Below the pieces are notes generated by a model. That model was not told the DNA's origin. It did no database searches and saw only the letters and a program-made list of their open reading frames with translations. A stretch of 64,000 nt of DNA from Thecamonas trahens ATCC 50062. Lineage: Eukaryota; Protista; Apusomonadida. The stretch is from positions 459,084 through 523,083 of the forward strand of contig NW_013657665.1 of assembly GCF_000142905.1 (NCBI RefSeq), given 5' to 3'. Both the position numbers and the translations under genes were made by a program. Positions 55,501-64,000 of the stretch are shown here, piece by piece (position 1 is the first letter of the stretch; each line of letters begins with the position of its first letter).

Positions 55501-57327
55501 AGGGCGACTTGCTCAAGGAGGAGCTGGAGGCCGAGAAAACCACTCGTGCACTGTACGCGGCCGCAGCCGGCGAGAGCGGTGGAGCGAGCATCACGCTACA
55601 CCAGTTGAAGCGGACCATTGTCAAGCTTGGCATCGGGATGCGCAAGGGTGAGTTTGCGCGGCTGATGGAGCTGACCCGCGCCAACGCCGACGGCACGCTG
55701 GGCGAGGAGGCGCTTGTGGTTGGCTTCCGCAAGCTACTCAAGGAGCACCGCGCCAAGCAGCTCGTCGAACTGCTAGAGGACGAAGACGCGGCGGCGGCCG
55801 AGGTTCGCGAGACGCTCGAAAAGGCGATTTCAGCGCCGGTCGTCGTCCCGCTCGCCAGCGACAATGGCGCTGAGCCCAAAAGCACTCAACCAAGTGGTGC
55901 CGACGGAGAGGACCCAGCCGATGACGACGACCCCAACGCCGAGCTCTCGTACACCCACTCGGAGCACTCGGGGCTTGCCGAGGACGAGGCCGGCAAAAGT
56001 GACGCTAAGCGTGGGCGATGGCGGCGGAGACGGCGTGGGTCGTCATCGTCGGGCTCAGACACGTACACGTACTCGTACTCGAGCTACGGACCGCACTCGT
56101 CGGCGTCGAGTGACTCGAGCAACACAAGCGACTCGAGCGACTCGGGCAGTGGGTCGGCCAGCGGCGGTGGCGACGGAGGCGGATGGAAGGGCTCGGCAAA
56201 GCACGCAGCCAAAGACCCGCTTCAGCCGGGATGTGGGCCGACGGCGACGGGTCCGGACAACGCCGGGCAGTGCTATGTTGTCGGGTGCGAGTGCTCGGCA
56301 TTTGTCAAGAAGAAGTTTGGGTTTGACAAGAGCCAGTGCTCCGAGTGCTTCCACGGATGCACCTCGCACGCGTCGACGGGTGCGGCGCCGGCTGGCAGTA
56401 GTGCCGGCAGCAGTGACAAGGGTAAGAGCAAGGGCAAGAGCGGCAGCGCCACGAGTGGGATGTCGAAGCGCGAGGCCTTCCTGGCCCGGCTGAACGCTGC
56501 CAAGAACGAAGCCGCTGCCGCCGAGGAAGCCAAGAAGAAGCCGGCCAAGAAACTCTCGGGCTGGGCGGAGCGGCAACGCGAGAAGGAGGCGGCGGCGGCG
56601 GGTGCCGGGAAGAGTGAGGCGAGTGCAGGCAAGAGCGCCGGGGAGAGACGGGGTGGAAAGAAGAAGCGCAAGGGCGAGCTTTCCGAGGCAGAGCTAGAGG
56701 CGATCGACGACGAGGAGAAGCGGGCGCTACTGGTGAAGACGAGCAAGCTCAAGAGCGCACTCAAGACTGTGAAGGACGAGTGCAAGCTCCGCAAGGCTAT
56801 CATCGACAAGCAGGTGGGTGAGATGGCATTCCTGGCGGACGAGGTCTCGATGCTGGGCAAGGAGCTGGAGATCGAACGGCACTCGCGTGAGCGACTGGAG
56901 GCCAAGCTGGCCAAGGTGACGGCCAAGCTCGAGGGCTACGAGTTTTACCTGGCACAGGAGCAGGAGGCCAAGGAGCTGCGTGTGCGGCGACGGGCCAAGG
57001 CGGCCAAGGAGGCGCGAGCGGCGCGGCGGGAGGCCAAGAAGCGTATGTTCAGCAAGGGCATGGAGCTCAATCCATCGGGACTCGCTCTCGACCCAGTCGA
57101 CGATCCTAGCCACACCGCAACCGGCGACGTGCTCGCGCCGGTGCGGGACAAGGTGGAGGCGGCCAAGGCTGATGGTGCGAGCGGCGACGATGGCGACGCA
57201 TCGCCCGAGCTACCTGCTCTCCCGGGCTCGGCGTCTGACTCGTCGTCGCCGTCGTCGGTTGTGGCTGCGGCTGCAAGCTTGGTCAACTCATCGGTGTCCG
57301 AGAGTGAGACGCCAGCGTCGACGGCAT

Positions 57328-57363
<36 letters not shown>

Positions 57364-57797
57364 GTCATACTCGCGGTGGTGCGAGGCAGCGACAGCGGCG
57401 CATGCGCATGCGGTCGAAGAGGCCGCGGCGGCGGCAGCGGCAGCGGGTCCAGGCTGCAGAGACCGAGGTTGCGGGAGGCGGTGTGGTGTACGACGAGGCT
57501 GCGGCAGCAGAGGAGGCGCGGGCAGCCCGTGAGGCGCGGCGGGCGGCGCGGCTGCAGAAGCGCAAGGAGGCCAAGGCTGCGGCCAAGGCTGCAGCGCGAG
57601 AGACCGCACGCGCTGAGCGCAAGGCCAAGCGGCGGTTGGAAGGCAGCCATCGGCCGGGTCGTGGACGGCGCGGGTCGTCGCGGCGGTCAGAGGGTGGCAA
57701 AGCGAAGCGACGGCGCAAGGCTGCCGAGCCTCCACCGCCGCCGCCTGACGAGTTTGTTGGCGAAGAGCCGCCGCCGCCACCACCCGAACATGCGTAG
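52512..57797 (+). CDS. Large acidic/Pro-rich coiled-coil scaffold with degenerate EF-hands and a Cys/His zinc-binding-like module; in-frame intron 52542-52682
   Basis: DDLF-type acidic motifs, PPPLP motifs, FTFFDQNSSGTI, CECSAF...CSECFHGCTSH, long heptad regions. Confidence 0.75.
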
Positions 57798-57822
57798 CTT
57801 GATGAGCGAAAGGATACAGAGT

Positions 57823-59265
57823 TTAGCGAAGATGTGAGACACGGGAGCGAGACCGCGAACGCGAACGTGAGCGGCGCGAGTTGGCCGACTTTGAGCCCGA
57901 CTTGGACTTTGAGCCCGACTTGGCCTTGGTCTTGGTCTTGGTCTTGGCCTTGGACTTGGCCTTGGCCTTGGACTTGGACTTGGCCTTGGCCTTGGACTTG
58001 GACTTGGAGTGGGTGCGTCGCTTAGCGACGACTGTGGCGACAGCACGGGTCTCATCGATGTTGTCGCGATTGAGGGCAAAGTACTCGTGGCGGAGGGCGC
58101 GCTTTGCAGTGGGTCGCTTTTCAGGGTCGGAGGCGAGCATGGAGCGAACGATGCGCCATGCCGGCGAGTTGTAGTCGTCAGGATCGGTGGCCTTCTTGGC
58201 ATCAAGAGCCTGGCGGACCTTGGCATGGGAGCGGAAGCCGCGGCGGGAGGAGGGCGGGACGTGGAGGAGGAGCTCGAGCATGACGATGCCGGCCGAGTAG
58301 ATGTCGACCTTTGTGGAGTAGCCGCGCTCTCGGCGTGAGGCAGAGGCAACCTCGGGTGCCATGTAGCCCGGAGTGCCGTAACACCTTGTGGGCCGGTCGT
58401 TGTCGTCGTAGGGGGCGGCGCAGTCATAGTCGACGAGCATGGCGCGGCGGCGGCGGCGATCAAAGAGGATGTTGTCGGGCTTGACGTCGCGGTAGATGAC
58501 GCCGCGCTTGTGGACGTGGGCGAGCGAGCGAAGGATGTCATAGAGGTATGTGGCGACGAGGCCGTGCTCGGAGGAGAGGACCGAGGAGGCGTAGATAAAG
58601 GGCAGGACGATGGCGTAGCAGCCCGTAGCCGGGAGCGGGGCCCAGTCGAGGAGGTCGGGGATGCACGGGTGGCCTTGCAGGGTGAGCAGGTTTGCAACCT
58701 CCTTGGGCGGCTCGTCGTCGGTGTAGCGGTCGTCGTCGATGATCTTGACAACGAGGAGCTTGCCCGGGTTCTCGCGATGGAGGGCCTTGTACACCACCGT
58801 GTCCTCGCCCTGGTAGATACGATCACGGAAGACGTACTTGGCGTTGAGGGCAAGGAGGTTAGCCTCCTGCGGGAAGACGGCCTTGGTCAGATCCGAGTCC
58901 GAGTCGCCGGTCCACGAGGCGTACTCGTACTCGTACGAGCCGCCCGAGCCGCCCGAGCCAGACTCGGGCGCCAGGGCCTGGTACGGCACAAACGAGCCGT
59001 AGTACCGCGTCTCGCCCGAGCACGAGCAGTTTCCTGAGCTACCCGAGCCCCATGCCGAGGCCGAGTAAGCCGAGACTGGCGTCGACGAGTCGCTCGCGGC
59101 GGACGATGAGCCAGCAGAGCCGGCCTGCGCAAAGTCGACCCGCTTCCTCCGCCGCCTGGACCCGTTGGCGGCCGACGAGCGCCGGCGGCGCGGCTTGGCG
59201 CCTGCATGGGAAGCCGGCGACGACGACGCATTGCGTGACTTGAGCACGCGGGAGAAGAGGCCCAT
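57823..59265 (-). CDS. Divergent CDC7/CK2-like Ser/Thr kinase with possible N-myristoylation site and Lys/Ser/Arg-rich tail
   Basis: MGLFSR start; VVK; VIYRDVKPDNILF; DYD in place of DFG; GTPGYMAPEV; KVDIYSAG. Confidence 0.85.
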   Translation of the reverse strand: MGLFSRVLKSRNASSSPASHAGAKPRRRRSSAANGSRRRRKRVDFAQAGSAGSSSAASDSSTPVSAYSASAWGSGSSGNCSCSGETRYYGSFVPYQALAPESGSGGSGGSYEYEYASWTGDSDSDLTKAVFPQEANLLALNAKYVFRDRIYQGEDTVVYKALHRENPGKLLVVKIIDDDRYTDDEPPKEVANLLTLQGHPCIPDLLDWAPLPATGCYAIVLPFIYASSVLSSEHGLVATYLYDILRSLAHVHKRGVIYRDVKPDNILFDRRRRRAMLVDYDCAAPYDDNDRPTRCYGTPGYMAPEVASASRRERGYSTKVDIYSAGIVMLELLLHVPPSSRRGFRSHAKVRQALDAKKATDPDDYNSPAWRIVRSMLASDPEKRPTAKRALRHEYFALNRDNIDETRAVATVVAKRRTHSKSKSKAKAKSKSKAKAKSKAKTKTKTKAKSGSKSKSGSKSANSRRSRSRSRSRSRVSHLR

Positions 59266-59471
59266 GAGTGTATTCCTTCCGTTGGGAAGGGGGAAGAGGG
59301 GGAAAGGGGGGAGGGAGGGAGGGAGGGAGGGAGGGAGGGGTGTGAGTGGGTGACAGGGGTGAGGGGGGTGAGGGGAGGTGGGAGGGTGGAGAGCGCCAAA
59401 GCCAAAAAAGTTGAATATTTTGTACGAGAGGATGGCAATGGCATGGCATGCGGTGGAGGGGGGGGGGGTAG

Positions 59472-59652
59472 NNNNNNNNNNNNNNNNNNNNNNNNNNNNN
59501 NNNNNNNNNNNNNNNNNNNNNNNNNNNNNNNNNNNNNNNNNNNNNNNNNNNNNNNNNNNNNNNNNNNNNNNNNNNNNNNNNNNNNNNNNNNNNNNNNNNN
59601 NNNNNNNNNNNNNNNNNNNNNNNNNNNNNNNNNNNNNNNNNNNNNNNNNNNN
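59472..59652. other. Assembly gap
   Basis: N run in the divergent intergenic region. Confidence 0.99.
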
Positions 59653-59737
59653 CCTCCCACCACCCCACCCCCCCACACCACACTCACTTCTGGCCGCTCA
59701 GCTCGCTAGCCTGGCACACTACACTCTGGCTGGAAGA

Positions 59738-60318
59738 ATGAGCACGGACGGCCTGCCGACATACACGCTTGCCGAGGTGAAGCAGCACAATACGGAGGAC
59801 TCTCTGTGGATGGTCATCCGTGGCCTTGTCTATGACCTCACCGAGTACCTCGATGAGCACCCGGGTGGCGACATCATGCTGGTACGGCCACCTACTCGGA
59901 CAGACATATACATACACATACATATGCAGGCGCATGCGCATGCGCGCCCCTACCCATACGCATGCACACACATGAGGCATATATGCATGGTGCCCATGTT
60001 GTGTGTGTTGGTCGTGTGAAGGGGGGGGGGAGGAGGGAGGGGGGGGACGGGCAGCCCGGTGAGGGGAACGGGCAGACTCACCGAGGCGATCAATGGGGCG
60101 TGGATCGGGGATGTGGTGGTGATGGTGGTGATGGTGGTGATGGCGGTATGGCGGGATGGTGGCACGGCGGAATGCCGGTACGGCGGGATGGCGGAACGGC
60201 GGGGGGGGAGGGGTAGGAGGGCGCTGGACTGGATGCGACTGAGATGTTTGACGACGTGGGGCATTCGGATGAGGCTGCAGAGGAGCTGGCCAAATACCTC
60301 ATCGGCCGTCTTGCCTGA
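59738..60318 (+). CDS. Small soluble cytochrome b5 (81 aa); intron 59882-60216
   Basis: [10 protein letters not shown]...[20 protein letters not shown] joined to [15 protein letters not shown]...YLIG; both heme-ligand His present; no TM tail. Confidence 0.92.
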
Positions 60319-60455
60319 GAAGAACAGATAATGAAAGAAAGCCGAGGGTGATGAGGGAAGAGGGAGGATGGTGGTGACGCTGGGCCCACCCAGGCCGTTC
60401 CACTGGCTGCACAGGCAGGCGCGACTACCTGACGCACTCTTTTGCTGCGCGCGAA

Positions 60456-61561
60456 ATGGCGAGTGACTCGAGCTGGAAGCTGTTTGCGGCCGGCGCAGCT
60501 GGAGGCGTGGCCGAGTGTGTTGCTGTCCAGGTACGGGCGGGCTGTGAAATGGTGGGGATGCGGTGGTAGGGGTGGTCGGGGTGGTGAGGGTGGTGGGGAT
60601 GGGGGAGAAAGGGGGGGGGGGGGGGGGGGGGGGGAAGGGACGGGGGAGGCCAGCGGGGAGGATCCCTGGGCGCAGGCAGGGAGCGCATCGAAGGCACGAA
60701 TGGAAGAATCGGGGACTGACAGGGCCAGGGGAGGGGGGAATACAGCCGGTAGACATGATCAAGACCCGGTTTCAGATCTCGACCACGCCAAATCCGTCTG
60801 TGATGGAAGCGCTGGTGAGCATTGTGCGGAACGAGGGCTTTCTCAGATTGTATCGTGGTATGCTGCCCGAGATGGCTGGGATGGTGCCCAAGTCGTCGGC
60901 GATGTACTCGACGTACGAGCTGGTGCGGCGCGAGGGCGAGCGGCGGAACGGCGGGATGTCGGTAGCGGTGGCGAGCGCAGCAGGACTGGCGTCAGGCGTG
61001 GCCGAGGCAGCGGCTGTGCATTTGTTCCAGATCCCCAAGGTCCGCCTGCAGGCCAAGGCGTACAACAACAAGTACAGCGGCACGCTTGATTGCCTGCGGC
61101 AGATGCTGCGCGACGAGCCGCTGTCAGCCTTTGGCCGTGGGCTCGGGCCGACGCTCTGGCGCAACATGGTGTGGAACACGGTGTACTTTGGCCTCATGCA
61201 CCACATCAAGAGCCTCCTCCCGGCGACTGAGAGCCGGCTCGGCAGCGGGGTGCAGACTCTGGGTGCCGGCTTTGTGGCCGGCATTGTCGCCACGTGCTTC
61301 AACGCCCCGTTCGACGCCGTCAAGTCGCGGTTCCAGGCCGAGGTCGTCGTTCCGGGCCAGGCGCCCAAGTACACGTCGACGCTCCCGTCGCTGGTCACCA
61401 TCTACCGCGAGGAGGGCCTGAGCGCGTGCTACAAGGGCTTTGCACCCAAGGCCATCCGCATGGGCATCGGCGGGGCGGTGTGCATGGCGACGTTTGAGCT
61501 CGTCTGCTTCCTCCTCCACGCCGACGCGGCACAAGCCGCAGACGAACCGCTCGACGGGTGA
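60456..61561 (+). CDS. Mitochondrial 2-oxodicarboxylate carrier-like protein (SLC25A21/ODC type); intron 60531-60745
   Basis: FAAGAAGGVAE...PVDMIKTRFQ; WRNMVWNTVYFG; NAPFDAVKSRFQ; YKGFAPKAIRMGIGG. Confidence 0.88.
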
Positions 61562-61568
61562 GCGCCGG

Positions 61569-62693
61569 TCACTGTGGTAGGGCTCCCGAGAGGCCGGCGG
61601 CGACCGGAACCGGCGCGTACTCGTCGTCCGAAGACGAGAACGACCAGTCGGCCGGCGGTGGTGGCCTATGCTCGCTGCCATCGCCTGCTGAATCGCTACA
61701 GAACGACGGCACGTTGCTCAGGAGCGAGTCGGCGTCGGCGTCGACATCGTCGAGAAGGGCCTCGGCGGCAGCATCGATAGCGGCGGCGGCGGCGGCCTCG
61801 CGCCCGGCGCGCGAGCGCTCCGAGTACAGAATAAAGTCGTTCTTGTCACCATGCTCCAGCGCCGAGGGGCGGACAAAGAACGCCGACGCGTGCGCGCCTG
61901 GCGGCGTGCTAGGATCGACTTCGCAGTACTTGGGGATGAGCGGGAGTGTGTGCGGCGGGCAGTCAACAGCGAGGCCGATCCAGAGACCGGAGCGGCCCGG
62001 GCGGTAGCCAACCGAAATGACAAAGCCGTGGAGCTCGACACCGATGCGGTCGTAGGCAGCCTTGACAAAGTCGCCGACCTTGAACTTGGTCGCCTGCATG
62101 CTGGCGTGGTACCTGCGCTTGTGGGCTGGCACAGCGCCGCGTGGATCTACAGCCTCGCGGGGCAGCAGCGGCAGCGCATGGGCGCCGCCCGAGTCGGTCC
62201 GTGCGCCGACCGCTGCAGTTCGGCGGGCGTGGCGCGAGCGCGAGCGCTGTGCGGCAACACGATCACGGCGGGCAGCCTCGTCTGCGGCGTGGCGGGCGAT
62301 GGCGTCGACCATGCTCGCCGAGATGGAGACCGAGGCCACGGCGGCCGGCGAGGTAATGACCCGGCCCGGATGCGGCGGGCGGGCGCCGCCGTGCAACTGC
62401 AGCCGCACCGCGTCCGGGCGGACAAAGACCCCATACCGCGGCTTGCACACAAAGTACGAGACGCCGGCCACAGAGCCGTTACTTTTGCCGGCCTTGCGCT
62501 CCAGCTCGACGCCGACCCACATGCCCGGCGCAAAGTGTGTGAGGCCCACAAAGCGGACGGTGCCGCGGACAGGGCGCCCGGCCCGGACCAGGCTCACCTT
62601 GGCGCCCTCGCGCAGCCGCCCGCTGCTCCCGCCACTGGTGCCAGTCCCGGGCCCACCCCGGTGTTGTCGGCGTCGGAGAGAGTACGGAAGCAT
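61569..62693 (-). CDS. CAP-Gly domain protein, with a possible degenerate second domain; 5' end uncertain
   Basis: GTVRFVGLTHFAPGMWVGVELERKAGKSNGSVAGVSYFVCKPRYGVFVRP; second GFVISVG...GLWIGLAVD...FFVRP. Confidence 0.82.
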   Translation of the reverse strand: MLPYSLRRRQHRGGPGTGTSGGSSGRLREGAKVSLVRAGRPVRGTVRFVGLTHFAPGMWVGVELERKAGKSNGSVAGVSYFVCKPRYGVFVRPDAVRLQLHGGARPPHPGRVITSPAAVASVSISASMVDAIARHAADEAARRDRVAAQRSRSRHARRTAAVGARTDSGGAHALPLLPREAVDPRGAVPAHKRRYHASMQATKFKVGDFVKAAYDRIGVELHGFVISVGYRPGRSGLWIGLAVDCPPHTLPLIPKYCEVDPSTPPGAHASAFFVRPSALEHGDKNDFILYSERSRAGREAAAAAAIDAAAEALLDDVDADADSLLSNVPSFCSDSAGDGSEHRPPPPADWSFSSSDDEYAPVPVAAGLSGALPQ

Positions 62694-64000
62694 GAGCAGG
62701 ATGGGGGGAGGGAGGTGTGGGTGCTGGATACGGTGACAGGCGACCGTTCACGGGCGGCGGACTGGTGGCGGCGGCTGCCCAGGCGATGGAGGCAAGGAGG
62801 GAGGGTGGGTGGGGATGATTGCGAGTACTAGAGGTTGTTTGGGATGGGTGGGGAGTGGATGGGATGGGGTGATGTGGTTTCGCAGAGGAGAATGATGTGG
62901 CGTCCGTGTGTGGCATTGGTGATGTCCGCATCGATTGATCTACAAAGTTCTGGCGCGTTTTGTTCTCGGCTCTCCGCCATGTAAAGGTGCGCCGATGGAC
63001 TGGGATGGTGAGCAACGCTGCAGCCCTCCCTTTAACCTGCAGCCCTCATCACCACACCCTCTCTCGCAGCAACTCTGTCGATCGCCTCTGGCTGGTCGTG
63101 GCCATTGCCAGACGGCGGGACGGTGCTGGCCAGGCCCGGACAGCAGGCACCGAGCTGGGTTGGGCATCTCGTGATCACCGCTAACTAGCGGGTGGCGGAA
63201 GGCAGGTAGCGGATGGCGGAAGGGGTTGCCGGGAAAAAGCTGGCATGGCCTGCGGAAGGTGCGGTGCGGCGGTTGGCGGAAGGCGTACCAGATGGCGGCG
63301 GCGGCTTGTTGCGGCCCGCACCCAATCATGTGCCTTTGAGGTCACTCGAGCATGTCCCGGCGTGACCCGCCACAGACAGAGCGGTGGAGTACGTATTGGT
63401 ACGCATCAAGACGCCCCCCCTCCCCCACACGGCTGCATCCTTCAATTGCAACGTCCTCTAAGCAAAGGCTTACAGTGCTTGTTGGAGTTAGCCAGCTCAC
63501 GGCTGTGTTTCGACACGGTGGCTGTGTTTCGACACCGGCGGTTCTCTTGCCGCAGCGGGCCGCAGACGGGTGTGCCGCATGACAACTATCATGCATCCAT
63601 AACCGCGTGTTTAAAGAGCTTATCGCGGTGCTACTCACGTCGGAAGCATGCGGTTGTATGGCGGCCCCGGTGTGGTGGTCTGTGGCACACGAAGCAGCGT
63701 TTTGCACCTGTGCGGGCGGCGGGACAGGACGCGGGCTAGGGCTGCATGCGAGGTGAATCGAAATGTTGGGTTGTGATTGGCTGGCCAAAAATAACACTGT
63801 TCGCTTTGGTCGCATGCGCGTGACTTTGCACAAGGTAGCAAGCACCGACGGCAGCAGACGTGGGGGCGGAGCGCTGCAGTTGGCGGCGTGCAACCGGTAC
63901 CAACTTGTAGTACAGCGCCACCCCCCCCTCTTGTGTCAAAGCGTGCGGGATGGGTAATCCCATGGGTGCAAGGGCAAGTGCGGGAGGGAAGGGGGGGGGG

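Noticed and set aside
57361-57450. Possible compensated double frameshift (another frame reads EAATAAHAHAVEEAAAA)
   Set aside because: The ORF stays open and the region is low-complexity; cannot be supported without reads
16261-61561. Fatty-acid or ciliary gene cluster (acyltransferase and carriers; PDE6D and CFAP410)
   Set aside because: The genes are dispersed among unrelated ones, with no evidence of functional clustering
63470-63560. tRNA or Pol III gene suggested by TTCGA
   Set aside because: No cloverleaf, acceptor stem or convincing A box could be built

Overview
A 64-kb window of a compact, GC-rich, intron-poor eukaryotic (flagellated protist) genome. Gene style and content suggest an apusomonad such as Thecamonas trahens, but this is inference only. 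About 30 protein-coding genes are tightly packed on both strands. Recognisable genes: ARMC3 3' end, ZZ-HECT E3 ligase, CK2-alpha-like kinase, carnitine acyltransferase, PDE6D, LRR receptor kinase, TBL1, FAM210-like, CFAP410, LCL3-like nuclease, RPA3, two SLC25 carriers, sphingosine kinase, NUP155, RasGEF, cytochrome b5 and a CAP-Gly protein. There are four N gaps. I found no supportable tRNA, rRNA, CRISPR array or transposase. Main observations: (1) Twelve hand-reconstructed, frame-consistent introns all use GTAY donors, and 10 of 12 carry ACTCAC (not CTRAC) as the apparent branch site, often with no polypyrimidine tract. (2) Two predicted dead TIM-barrel pseudoenzymes: a pyruvate-kinase-like protein, and a DERA domain lacking its Schiff-base lysine fused to four C2H2 zinc fingers. 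(3) An EF-hand type II membrane precursor with RxL sites ending in a protamine-like tail (47 Arg in 60 aa). (4) A multi-pass membrane domain fused to a plant-MKP1-type phosphatase. (5) Several -1 frame breaks at short A/T runs, probably assembly errors.
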